A stretch of DNA of 64,000 nucleotides from an uncultured marine group III euryarchaeote (lineage in GTDB: Archaea; Thermoplasmatota; Poseidoniia; MGIII; CG-Epi1), in NCBI GenBank assembly GCA_902627615.1, contig CACOJW010000004.1, positions 11,965 through 75,964 on the forward strand, in the 5' to 3' direction. Positions within the stretch are counted from its first letter, which is position 1. Every line of letters begins with the position of its first letter. Positions 9,120 through 18,496 of this stretch are shown piece after piece. The notes under the pieces are model-generated. The model was not told where the DNA came from, did no database searches, and saw only the letters and a program-made list of their open reading frames with translations. A program made the position numbers and the translations under genes.

Positions 9120-11477
9120 ATGAAGATTGAGAAAGTAGCTGTAATCGGCGCAGGATTGATGGGTAGCGGCATTGCCGCACAAGTTGCTAACGCAGGTTTT
9201 CCTGTAACTCTGCTAGATATTGTACCTGAAGGCGCTACCAATCGCAATATAATTGCTGAAAGTGCCGTCAAAAAAATGCTTAAGCCAGTTAAGTTAGGAA
9301 GTCCAACCCCACTCATGCATCGAAAAAATGCAAGACTAATATCTACTGGAAATATAGAAGACAATTTGGATTTAGTTGCAGATGCAGATTTGATAATCGA
9401 AGTAGTTTTAGAAAAAATAGAAGTCAAACATGACGTTTTTAATAAAATAGACAAATTTAGGAAAAAAGGTTCAATAATCACTTCAAACACATCTACAATT
9501 CCAAGAAAGCAATTAGTCGAAGGAATGTCAAAAGCATTTGCTAGAGACTTTATGATTACACATTTCTTCAACCCCCCAAGATATCTAAGATTACTTGAAA
9601 TAGTGGCTGGTGAAGAAGTCAGTCCTGAAAAAATAGAACTAGTGTCTAAATTTTGTGATATAAATTTAGGAAAAGAGATTGTAGTTTGTAATGATACTCC
9701 TGGATTTATTGGTAACAGAATAGGGACTTACTGGACTTTAATTGGAATGATTGAAGCAATCAAATTAGGTTTGTCTGTTGAAGAAGCTGACGCTATTATG
9801 GGAAGACCCATAGGTGCGCCGAAAACAGGAATATTTGGATTAGTGGACGTAGTTGGTCTAGATCTAATACCACATATAACTGAAAGCATGTCTACCAATC
9901 TTCCAAAAAACGACATGTACAACATTGGAGTAAAAGAGCAAAGCGAGTTAGGAATCGACAAAATGCTATCTAAAATGATTAATGAGGGTTACACTGGTAG
10001 AAAAGGAAAAGGGGGATTTTACAGACTAAACCAAAATTCTGGCAAGAGAATTAAAGAATCTAGAAATTTAAAAACTGGAAGCTATTCCAAAGCTACCAAA
10101 AAAGTTGCGCTTGAAAGCATTAAGGCCGGAAAAAAAGGTCTAAAAGCAGTAGTCACACATGAAGATAAAGGTGGAGAATATGCTTGGAAAGTAATTTCTA
10201 AAACTTTAGCATATGCTGCCTCATTGGTTCCTGAAATTACACAAAACATAGTTAATGTAGACATGGCAATGAAAAATGGTTTTTTATGGAAAAAAGGGCC
10301 TTTTGAGATGCTTGATTCCATGGGGCCATCTTGGTTTGCTGATAAGTTAAAAAGCGAAGGTATGGATGTTCCAATCATACTTAAAAACGTAGGCAAGGGA
10401 AATTTCTATTCTGAACAGGGAAATAAAATAAATTACTATTCCACTGATAATAAATATAAGCAAGTTCCGAAACCAGAAGGTTATCTTTCCGTTTCAGACA
10501 TAACCAGAGGCGAAAACGCCATTTACCGAAATCCATCTATCAGATTATGGGATATGGGGGACCATATACTTCTAGCAGAATTTACAAGTAAAATGAATGC
10601 GATTGATCCACTCATAATGGAAGGCCTTACAGAAGCTGCTAATTTATGTGAATCCGGCAATTTCAAAGGTATTGTAATAGGAAATGATGGAACTAATTTT
10701 TCAGCAGGTGCTAATCTAGGTCTTGCAAGTTTCATCTGTAATGTTGGTGCCTGGGATGAAGTAGACAAATTTGTTCAAGGTGGTCAACTGACATTCATGA
10801 GTCTTAAGCACGGAAATTTTCCTGTCGTTGGAGCACCATCTGGATTAGCCCTGGGAGGTGGATGCGAAGTGCTCTTAGCTTGTGATCGAATTCAAGCTCA
10901 TTCAGAAAGTTACATTGGACTCGTTGAAGTCGGTGTAGGTGTAGTTCCTGCTTGGGGAGGTTGTAAGGAAATGTTAAGAAGATGGATTGACGACCCTTCA
11001 TCACCTAAAGGGCCTATGGGAAGTATTGTTAAAATCTTTGAGAATTTAGGTACTGCAAAAGTTGCTAGCAGTGCCCAAGAAGCCAAAGACATGAAATTCT
11101 TATTAGGAAATGATGATATTACAATGAACCGTTCTAGATTACTTAATGATGCAAAAGAAGTTTGCTTGAACATGGTAGAAGATTATTCTCCACCTGAACC
11201 TAGTGGCTATCAGCTTCCAGGCCCATCTGGTAAAGCTGCACTTGATTTAGCAGTTTCAGACTTAGTTAAGGCTGGCCATGCCACACCACATGATGTTGTC
11301 GTGACAAATGAATTGGCTTACGTATTGACTGGTGGAAATACTGACTATTTAGATGAAGTATCTGTCGATAATATATTAGATATGGAGCGAGAAAGTTTTG
11401 TTAAATTAGTAAAAACTGAAGCTACACTAGATAGATTTGAACACATGCTTACAAAAGGTAAGCCACTGAGGAATTAA
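9120..11477 (+). CDS. 3-hydroxyacyl-CoA dehydrogenase / enoyl-CoA hydratase fusion (FadN-like, dehydrogenase first)
   Basis: GAGLMGSG, SNTS, HFFNPPRY, PGFIGNR; C-terminal crotonase ALGGGCE and GLVEVGVG. Confidence 0.93.
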   Translation: MKIEKVAVIGAGLMGSGIAAQVANAGFPVTLLDIVPEGATNRNIIAESAVKKMLKPVKLGSPTPLMHRKNARLISTGNIEDNLDLVADADLIIEVVLEKIEVKHDVFNKIDKFRKKGSIITSNTSTIPRKQLVEGMSKAFARDFMITHFFNPPRYLRLLEIVAGEEVSPEKIELVSKFCDINLGKEIVVCNDTPGFIGNRIGTYWTLIGMIEAIKLGLSVEEADAIMGRPIGAPKTGIFGLVDVVGLDLIPHITESMSTNLPKNDMYNIGVKEQSELGIDKMLSKMINEGYTGRKGKGGFYRLNQNSGKRIKESRNLKTGSYSKATKKVALESIKAGKKGLKAVVTHEDKGGEYAWKVISKTLAYAASLVPEITQNIVNVDMAMKNGFLWKKGPFEMLDSMGPSWFADKLKSEGMDVPIILKNVGKGNFYSEQGNKINYYSTDNKYKQVPKPEGYLSVSDITRGENAIYRNPSIRLWDMGDHILLAEFTSKMNAIDPLIMEGLTEAANLCESGNFKGIVIGNDGTNFSAGANLGLASFICNVGAWDEVDKFVQGGQLTFMSLKHGNFPVVGAPSGLALGGGCEVLLACDRIQAHSESYIGLVEVGVGVVPAWGGCKEMLRRWIDDPSSPKGPMGSIVKIFENLGTAKVASSAQEAKDMKFLLGNDDITMNRSRLLNDAKEVCLNMVEDYSPPEPSGYQLPGPSGKAALDLAVSDLVKAGHATPHDVVVTNELAYVLTGGNTDYLDEVSVDNILDMERESFVKLVKTEATLDRFEHMLTKGKPLRN

Positions 11478-11478
11478 A

Positions 11479-13287
11479 ATGGTAGAATACAAGGCACCAC
11501 ATAGAGAATATGAATTTATACTAAAAGAAGTTCTCAAAATTGAAGAAGTACTGAGCAAATATCCTGAATACGATGAAGCATCCTGGGATATGATTCAAAT
11601 GATTAGCGAACAATTTGGTAAAATCAACGAAGAATACTGGGTTCCATCAAACAAAGAAGGTGACGAAGTTGGAGCTATATTTGAAGAAGGAAAAGTTATA
11701 GTTCCTGAAAAAATGAAAGAGGCTACTAAAATGGTCATTGAATCTGGCTTGACTCAACTATTTGGACATCAAAAATATGGAGGTATGGAGTTTCCTAATG
11801 TTATGAGTGTTCTCTCTGATGAAATGTCTTGTTCTGCAAACATGGCCCTCGGAGTTTACATGGGTCTAACTAAAGGCGCCTATCACTGTATTAGATATCA
11901 TGGAAGCGAAGAAATAAAAAATATGTATCTTCCTAAATTTGTGAGCGGTGAATGGTTTGGTACTATGTGTCTGACAGAAGCTCACTGTGGTACTGATTTA
12001 GGACTAATACGAACCACTGCTAAACCAGAAGAAGATTATTATTATCTAAACGGGCAAAAAATATTTATTTCCTGCGGTGAACACGATATGGGCGATAACA
12101 TAATACATTTAGTACTTGCAAAGTTACCTGATGCCCCGAAGGGTGTAAAGGGAATTAGCTTATTTTTGGTACCTAAATATGTTGTTAATGAAGATGGATC
12201 AATAGGTGAAAGAAATGGAGTGAACTGTGTCTCCATAGAAGAGAAAATGGGTGTTCACGGTTCTCCGACCTGTGTAATGAGCTTTGAAAATGCAAAGGGA
12301 TATCTTGTTGGTGAAATAAATGATGGGCTTGCTGCAATGTTTTCAATGATGAATACAGAAAGAATAGCTGTTGGGCTCCAAGGACTGGGTTTGGCTGAAA
12401 TAGCATACCAAAATGGTTTAGCCTATGCCAAGGATCGAATTCAAGGTCGAGATCTCAAGGAACCAAGAAATCCTGAAGATGAAGCTGATCCTTTGATTGT
12501 TCATCCTGATGTGAGGAGAATGTTAATGAGATCAAAAGCACTTATTGATTCGGGACGCATGCTCGCGTGCTGGACTGCTCTATCAATAGATAAGTATGAA
12601 AAAGATTCAGATGAGAAAGTTAGGAAAGAGGCTCATGATCTTGTTGAATTAATGACGCCTATTATCAAATCCTTATTGACTGATTATGGTGTTGAGATAA
12701 CCTCTAATATGCTTCAAATTTATGGAGGTCATGGATACATCAAAGAGTACGGAATGGAACAATTCTACAGAGACGTAAGAATAGCGCCAATATGGGAAGG
12801 AACAAATGGAATACAAGCCTTAGATTTAGCAGGTAGAAAAATGCCTCAAGGCATGGGCCGTTTACTTAGAAGATTCTTTCATCCTGCGCTGGACTTTATT
12901 GAGAGAAATAAAGACGACGAGAATTTTAAAGAATTTATTGTTCCTTTTTCAAAGGCATTAAAAGGGTTGCAAAAGACTACAATGTATATGGCACAAAAAG
13001 GTCTTTCTAATCCCTATGAGATTGGAGCTGCTGCAACAGACTACCAAAGACAATTCGGTCTTGTTGCTATGGCATACATGTGGCTTCTAATGCTTAAAGT
13101 AGCATTCACTAAAAGTAATGAAGATAATTATTATAAAAATAAAATAATACTAGCTCGATTCTTTTATGAAAAAATATTACCTGAAACACTATCAATAGCT
13201 ATCACCATTAGCTCAGGGTCGAAAACAATGATGTCTTTACCTGATGAAGGATTTGATAGCATTCATAATTTTACTGGAGCTGCATAA
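11479..13287 (+). CDS. Long (about 600 aa) acyl-CoA dehydrogenase, FadE5/DmdC-like
   Basis: GTMCLTEAHCGTDLG, KIFIS, EEKMGVHGSPTC, GGHGYI, IWEGTNGIQALDL. Confidence 0.93.
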   Translation: MVEYKAPHREYEFILKEVLKIEEVLSKYPEYDEASWDMIQMISEQFGKINEEYWVPSNKEGDEVGAIFEEGKVIVPEKMKEATKMVIESGLTQLFGHQKYGGMEFPNVMSVLSDEMSCSANMALGVYMGLTKGAYHCIRYHGSEEIKNMYLPKFVSGEWFGTMCLTEAHCGTDLGLIRTTAKPEEDYYYLNGQKIFISCGEHDMGDNIIHLVLAKLPDAPKGVKGISLFLVPKYVVNEDGSIGERNGVNCVSIEEKMGVHGSPTCVMSFENAKGYLVGEINDGLAAMFSMMNTERIAVGLQGLGLAEIAYQNGLAYAKDRIQGRDLKEPRNPEDEADPLIVHPDVRRMLMRSKALIDSGRMLACWTALSIDKYEKDSDEKVRKEAHDLVELMTPIIKSLLTDYGVEITSNMLQIYGGHGYIKEYGMEQFYRDVRIAPIWEGTNGIQALDLAGRKMPQGMGRLLRRFFHPALDFIERNKDDENFKEFIVPFSKALKGLQKTTMYMAQKGLSNPYEIGAAATDYQRQFGLVAMAYMWLLMLKVAFTKSNEDNYYKNKIILARFFYEKILPETLSIAITISSGSKTMMSLPDEGFDSIHNFTGAA

Positions 13288-14111
13288 TGTCTGATAGTGT
13301 TTTCAAAGATAATCTTTTTGAGGGAAAAAGAGTTTTTATCACAGGAGGTGCAACAGGGATGGGGCTAGGATTTGCACAATCTTTTTTGCGACATGGCGCA
13401 AAAGTAATTATTGCCTCAAGAAAAGAAGAAAAATTATCTGAAGCTGCAACATTAACTGAAGAAAAGCTTGGTAAAAAATTACTTTGGAAGCAGATGGATG
13501 TAAGGCAAAATGAAACTGTAAAAGAAATTGCTAAATTTATTGATACTGAATGGGGGGGATTAGACATTCTAATCAATAATGCAGCAGGTAATTTTTTTAC
13601 TCCATTAGCTGCTATGAGTGAAAATGCTTGGAGAGCAGTCATAGATATTGTCCTCGATGGAACATTTCGCGTCTCAAAGGCTTGTTACCCTTTACTAAAA
13701 AAAACAAAAGATGATGCGTCTATAGTAAATATAATTGCAAATTACGCCTGGAATGCTGCACCTTTTGTCGGACATTCTGGAGCCGCAAAAGCAGGCGTGC
13801 TAAATTTGACAAGAACACTAGCTTTAGAATGGGCAAATGACAATATTAGAGTAAATGCATTATGCCCCGGAGTCGTCTTGACGGAAAATGTCAAACGAAA
13901 TTTATTGCTTGACGAGAAAACTACTAAAAATTTTGAAGAATATATTCCAGTAGGTGGAATAACTGATCCGGAAAAAATGGCTCAACAAGTGTTGTACCTT
14001 TGCTCTCCTGCAGCTGATGTCATTACCGGAGATATGCTAATAGCTGACGGTGGACAATGGTTGGTTGGTAATGCTTTCTATCAAATGGGAAAACAACTTT
14101 TAGATGAGTGA
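13287..14111 (+). CDS. SDR-type 2,4-dienoyl-CoA reductase-like oxidoreductase
   Basis: ITGGATGMG, NNAAGNF, VIDIVLDGTF, HSGAAKAG (no YxxxK Tyr), DGGQWL, as in DECR-type SDRs. Confidence 0.85.
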   Translation: MSDSVFKDNLFEGKRVFITGGATGMGLGFAQSFLRHGAKVIIASRKEEKLSEAATLTEEKLGKKLLWKQMDVRQNETVKEIAKFIDTEWGGLDILINNAAGNFFTPLAAMSENAWRAVIDIVLDGTFRVSKACYPLLKKTKDDASIVNIIANYAWNAAPFVGHSGAAKAGVLNLTRTLALEWANDNIRVNALCPGVVLTENVKRNLLLDEKTTKNFEEYIPVGGITDPEKMAQQVLYLCSPAADVITGDMLIADGGQWLVGNAFYQMGKQLLDE

Positions 14112-14541
14112 AAAAAACTGGCCAATAAAAACTGAAATACCTGTTTTATGGGGAGATGTTGATTCTTTTGGACATGTCAACAATATAATCTACCTCAAAT
14201 GGTGTGAAACATCAAGGGTTGAGCTATTTCGTAAGATGTATGATGTAAAGACATTAGATACTGAAAATATTCAACTGGGTAGTGGCGTAGGTCCTATTCT
14301 TGCTAATTTTAACTGCAACTATAGAATCCCTATAAAATATCCTGATGTCATCTACATCAAAACAAGAATCAGCCATATCGGTAATACTTCCTATGGAATA
14401 GAACACAAAATATACTCAAAAAATAACGATGAAAAGATTGTTTTTGACGGAAGTAGTGTGATTGTTATGGTAAACTACAAGAACGAAACTAAATTTAAGC
14501 TAGATTCAGAAATGAAAAAAACATTAGAAAAATTTATGTAA
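14104..14541 (+). CDS. Acyl-CoA thioesterase (4HBT/YbgC hotdog fold)
   Basis: WGDVDSFGHVNNIIYLKWCETSR motif. Confidence 0.92.
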   Translation: MSEKNWPIKTEIPVLWGDVDSFGHVNNIIYLKWCETSRVELFRKMYDVKTLDTENIQLGSGVGPILANFNCNYRIPIKYPDVIYIKTRISHIGNTSYGIEHKIYSKNNDEKIVFDGSSVIVMVNYKNETKFKLDSEMKKTLEKFM

Positions 14542-14549
14542 TATTTACA

Positions 14550-15287
14550 CTATTTTTTTCCTAATTTATTAATAATTTCTTTAGTACTAGATTTATTCAA
14601 AAACTCTATGAAATGCTGAGCTTCGAACTCAATTCTATCGGTAATTGATTCAGTTTCTCTCCTCATTAATGACTTTGTGATTATTAATGATTCTCTCGGC
14701 TTTGTAGCTAATTTCTCGGCTGAATCGACTGCCAAACTTAGCAATTCCTCTCTTTCACAAATTTGATTAATTAATCTATATTCAAGAGCTGTTTTTACAT
14801 CAAATTTATTACCCAGCATAAGCATCTCGACAGCTTTGAGATAACCAGTACGCTTTTCTAATAATTGTGATGACGCAAACTCAGGAACTAAACCAAGATT
14901 TATGAACGGCAACATGAAAATACTACTTTTAGAGGCATACACTAAATCGCAATGGAGTAACATAGTAGTACCAATTCCAACAGCGAACCCATCAACGGCA
15001 GCAACAACTGGTAATGGACAATTTGTTAAAGCTAACATAAATTGGAAAACTGGTGAATTCACATCCACAGGTGGATTTTGAAGAAAATCATTCAAATCAT
15101 TTCCTGCTGTAAAATCATCTCCTCCAAAAATTAAAATAACATTGACGTCAGGATCTTTGGAAGAATTATCAATCAGATTTCCAAGCTCTAAATACATTTT
15201 TTCCGTTAATGCATTTTTTTTATGGCCTCTCTCTAATCTAATCTTTAAAATTTTGTTTTCTTTAGTGGAGCTGACGTAATTAACCAT
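14550..15287 (-). CDS. Enoyl-CoA hydratase/isomerase, delta3,delta2-enoyl-CoA isomerase-like
   Basis: KKNAL, FTAGNDL, AVGIGTTMLLHCD, PFINLGLVPE; start moved from 15356 to ATG 15287. Confidence 0.88.
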   Translation of the reverse strand: MVNYVSSTKENKILKIRLERGHKKNALTEKMYLELGNLIDNSSKDPDVNVILIFGGDDFTAGNDLNDFLQNPPVDVNSPVFQFMLALTNCPLPVVAAVDGFAVGIGTTMLLHCDLVYASKSSIFMLPFINLGLVPEFASSQLLEKRTGYLKAVEMLMLGNKFDVKTALEYRLINQICEREELLSLAVDSAEKLATKPRESLIITKSLMRRETESITDRIEFEAQHFIEFLNKSSTKEIINKLGKK

Positions 15288-15292
15288 GCTTA

Positions 15293-16339
15293 CTATTCTA
15301 GAGATTGAGTAAAGAAATTTACTAATCTCTCTTCGTATTCTATGGAATCTTCCCAAACTGCATCTACATGACCGCTATCTTCAACCATCCACAAAGTCAC
15401 GTTAGCATCTGCTCCTACTGCTTTATCATAAAACATTTTAGAATGCTCATTCGATATTCTTGCATCACTATCTCCATGAACTAGATACATTGGTCTATCT
15501 CCTGCCCGCGATGCAACTTCTAAAGGAACTCTATCATCTAAATTAACGCCTACTAATCTTTCACCCATAGTAATTGCTGGAGAGGAAAGTATTCTAGGAA
15601 AACCAAGCCGTTCCAATTCATTTCCTACCAAGAGAGGGAAATCTATGATTGCACTATCTAACCACATAGCACCCATTTCTGATTCATCAAAAGCCAATGT
15701 AGATGCTAATGTGTAAGTTGATATACTAAGAATTCCTATCGATTTAGGTTCATAGTCATGCTCATCGATTAACCAATCATATGCTCCTAAAATGTCCAGA
15801 TACTCTTTTTGTCCGAGATAAAAATAATCTGAAACTATTTCACTATGTCCATGATTTCTCAAATCTATCATAAAAACATTGATATTATTCTTAGACAGGT
15901 AGGAAGCTGATAGCAATATCTCTGGCTTACATTTACCATTTTCATATCCCCCATGCACAAAAATAACTACAGGGGATGACGAATTTACCTCAACGTACCA
16001 TCCCTCTAAATTAATCCTATCTCTACTTGTAAAATTAATAATTTCATAAGAATCAAACTGCCACGGTGCTGCATCGAAATTTTTTCGCATTGATATTCGT
16101 TCCTCTGAATCTGGCCAAGGCTCGAATGATTCCCAGTCATCTTCTACAGTCCAATTAGTTGGAGTATTAGTTTCCCAAAGACCACATCCGTGTGGCACTG
16201 TCAAAGCCTGCTTGGCTATGACATGACCTAAACCAAACCAAATCGTTGGAAGGATAAGTAGGATAGTTACTCCAAAACCAATTAGTAAACGTCTACGGCG
16301 CTCACTGAAATCTTTCAATATTTCAATTAATTTAGACAT
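15293..16339 (-). CDS. Membrane-anchored alpha/beta hydrolase
   Basis: N-terminal TM, LEGWY, VIFVHG, DLRNHGHS, HGDSD, GHVDA; start moved from 16483 to ATG 16339. Confidence 0.88.
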   Translation of the reverse strand: MSKLIEILKDFSERRRRLLIGFGVTILLILPTIWFGLGHVIAKQALTVPHGCGLWETNTPTNWTVEDDWESFEPWPDSEERISMRKNFDAAPWQFDSYEIINFTSRDRINLEGWYVEVNSSSPVVIFVHGGYENGKCKPEILLSASYLSKNNINVFMIDLRNHGHSEIVSDYFYLGQKEYLDILGAYDWLIDEHDYEPKSIGILSISTYTLASTLAFDESEMGAMWLDSAIIDFPLLVGNELERLGFPRILSSPAITMGERLVGVNLDDRVPLEVASRAGDRPMYLVHGDSDARISNEHSKMFYDKAVGADANVTLWMVEDSGHVDAVWEDSIEYEERLVNFFTQSLE

Positions 16340-16349
16340 AATACTGAAT

Positions 16350-18422
16350 CTATTCTTCGTCAGAAGATTCTTCGTTAGAGGATTCTTCGTTAGAAGATTC
16401 TTCGTCAGAAGATTCCTCATTGGATGATTCTTCATCGGATGATTCTGTTTCTTGAGGTATTGCCATTTCTCGCTTATCTTCATCCTCTAAAACTTCTTCA
16501 TCCAGTACTGATTCTGCTGGCCCTTCATTGGCTACAGGCTCTGACATATCAGTGACGTTCACTAAACCACCAGTTTGGTAGTACACATAGAAACCTGCTA
16601 AAAGAGATACAAGAGCTCCACCTATCAAAATTGATGGCAAGGTTTGGGAGCCTAATTTCAAAGTGGCTACACTCTCTTTTTGACTTTCTATTTGATCATC
16701 AACAGTCTTGTCCGTGTAAGCTCCGTTCAAAGTTAAGACTACTACTTCATTACCCTGGTAATATTGGGCCAGGGCTTGTATGTCTGCTGAATCTACTGCT
16801 CCCTCTTTTGCTTCTTCTGTATAGTTTGCTACAATATCCCTAAGCATTAGTTTTGCATAAGGTGTGCCATCATCAGGAACCTTTATCTGAATATCATATT
16901 TTTGATCTAAAACCGTACCTGTAATAGGATCTATCCAAACATCTTCATAATAATCCATGTCTAAACCAGTTTGCAATGTTTCTTGATATAAAGATCCTGA
17001 ATTACCCGAAATATTCTTCTCATCTGCTCTAAAATGGTATGCAACTCCTGCATATGTTCCATTCCATTCAACTTCCTCTACAAATGTATAATTTTGTATG
17101 TGAGGATTGTGCATTGCATTTGGCCAGGCACCATCTTCTGCAGGAACCCAACAGGTTCTATCTGTAGCGCTAATTGTAGAACACATTGGTGCAAAGAAAT
17201 CATAACCCCAACCATCTCCGTCAGGATCATAGTGACCGTCTTCAAATTGAGTTGTTGTTCGGCTGACATTGTAGGTGACATTTACTAATTCTTCCCAAGT
17301 TCCATCTGAAGCCCCAAACTGATTTGTTGGAGATGCCCAACATCCTTCAGAACTTTGTACTCCATAAGAATCACGGAATCCATCCGGCTCGCCTCCCTGA
17401 CCAATAACATCCGGAGTTATGGCAGTTCCATTTTCATCATAAAAGGTCTCAAAAATTCTCAGATATCCCATAATATTGATATATTCGTCTGTCGAACTGT
17501 CCTTCATTACACAACCTGACCTGAATCCAGTAGCATCATAATATCTGTTAATGAATGTAGCAGTGTTCACTCCACCTACTACTCCCTCATACTCTCTAGT
17601 AAAATTAAACTTATTATCTAAATAAACTAATTGTGGGACTTCCATGTAAACTGTAACATTGTAAATCCTGTCAACTACTCCCCCAATTTCTGTACCTACA
17701 ATGTATTCTGCTCTGTAATCAAACCACATAGGTGCTACACCTGGAGAACCCAAATCATTGTAACTCTCAAAAGTTTCCTGCAAGGTTTCTAAATCGCTGC
17801 CTTCTCCAGGAACAAATGTCATCTTCTCATCTTCGCCTGATTGAGCAATACACGTCATAACTTCAAGACCATCTAACATTCTTTTATCTGAACAAGTAAA
17901 ATTATCTGTGTAGTCGCTATTTACAGGATTTGGGAATTCATAAGTTTTACCACTTTCTGGAAGATTAGTTGGCGTCCAAGTCCCTTGCTTACCATCTACT
18001 TCATAACTTTTTCTGTCTAACATAGAGGGATCATCAGTTGTATCAGATATTGTGCCCAACCACTCGCCTTCACCATTTATACCATTCTCAGTAAGACTAA
18101 AATTTTGTGTTAAGATTGTGTAATCATCACCGTCCGGTTTTCCAACTACATTAAGAGTGGCTCCACCATCTACCTTAGCTGCAGTAGGTTCATATGATCC
18201 GCTGCCAACTATATCAAAAAAAGCCCCAGTTCTGTTATCTGCATCTAAATCAAAAGTTTCAATATCTCCTTCGAAATAAAAATCTGCATCGAAATCGTTA
18301 GGAGCTAGTAAACCGTTAGGAACCATTACACCCATTACATATGCAGATATAAGCAGAAATACTGCTCCTAGAGCCACGAGGGCCTGTGCTGTCCATTCCG
18401 GTAAACCACTGCTTTCACTCAT
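16350..18422 (-). CDS. Two-TM extracytoplasmic protein, DUF3068 (PorA-family)/CD36-like, with acidic cytoplasmic tail
   Basis: N- and C-terminal TM helices; WIDPITGTVLDQ; AYHFRA; two YT-E/D helix motifs; family call from motif recall. Confidence 0.65.
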   Translation of the reverse strand: MSESSGLPEWTAQALVALGAVFLLISAYVMGVMVPNGLLAPNDFDADFYFEGDIETFDLDADNRTGAFFDIVGSGSYEPTAAKVDGGATLNVVGKPDGDDYTILTQNFSLTENGINGEGEWLGTISDTTDDPSMLDRKSYEVDGKQGTWTPTNLPESGKTYEFPNPVNSDYTDNFTCSDKRMLDGLEVMTCIAQSGEDEKMTFVPGEGSDLETLQETFESYNDLGSPGVAPMWFDYRAEYIVGTEIGGVVDRIYNVTVYMEVPQLVYLDNKFNFTREYEGVVGGVNTATFINRYYDATGFRSGCVMKDSSTDEYINIMGYLRIFETFYDENGTAITPDVIGQGGEPDGFRDSYGVQSSEGCWASPTNQFGASDGTWEELVNVTYNVSRTTTQFEDGHYDPDGDGWGYDFFAPMCSTISATDRTCWVPAEDGAWPNAMHNPHIQNYTFVEEVEWNGTYAGVAYHFRADEKNISGNSGSLYQETLQTGLDMDYYEDVWIDPITGTVLDQKYDIQIKVPDDGTPYAKLMLRDIVANYTEEAKEGAVDSADIQALAQYYQGNEVVVLTLNGAYTDKTVDDQIESQKESVATLKLGSQTLPSILIGGALVSLLAGFYVYYQTGGLVNVTDMSEPVANEGPAESVLDEEVLEDEDKREMAIPQETESSDEESSNEESSDEESSNEESSNEESSDEE
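16351..16446. repeat. In-frame 15-bp tandem repeat, about 6.4 copies, encoding (ESS[D/N]E)n on the minus strand
   Basis: tattcttcgtcagaa, gattcttcgttagag, gattcttcgttagaa, gattcttcgtcagaa, gattcctcattggat, gattcttcatcggat. Confidence 0.95.
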
Positions 18423-18496
18423 AGTTTTGCTTCCATCGCCTGGGCAATAATTTGAGTTTCATTTAATGAAACACTAATTCTGTTGTAATAAAAATC

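Noticed and set aside
16351-16446. Regular repeats suggesting a CRISPR array
   Set aside because: Contiguous 15-bp units with no spacers, in frame within a CDS, and no cas genes nearby
16340-16483. N-terminal extension of the hydrolase (KNHPM/KNLLT repeats) in the ORF track
   Set aside because: It is an alternative-frame reading of the upstream gene's VNTR; ATG 16339 is the plausible start
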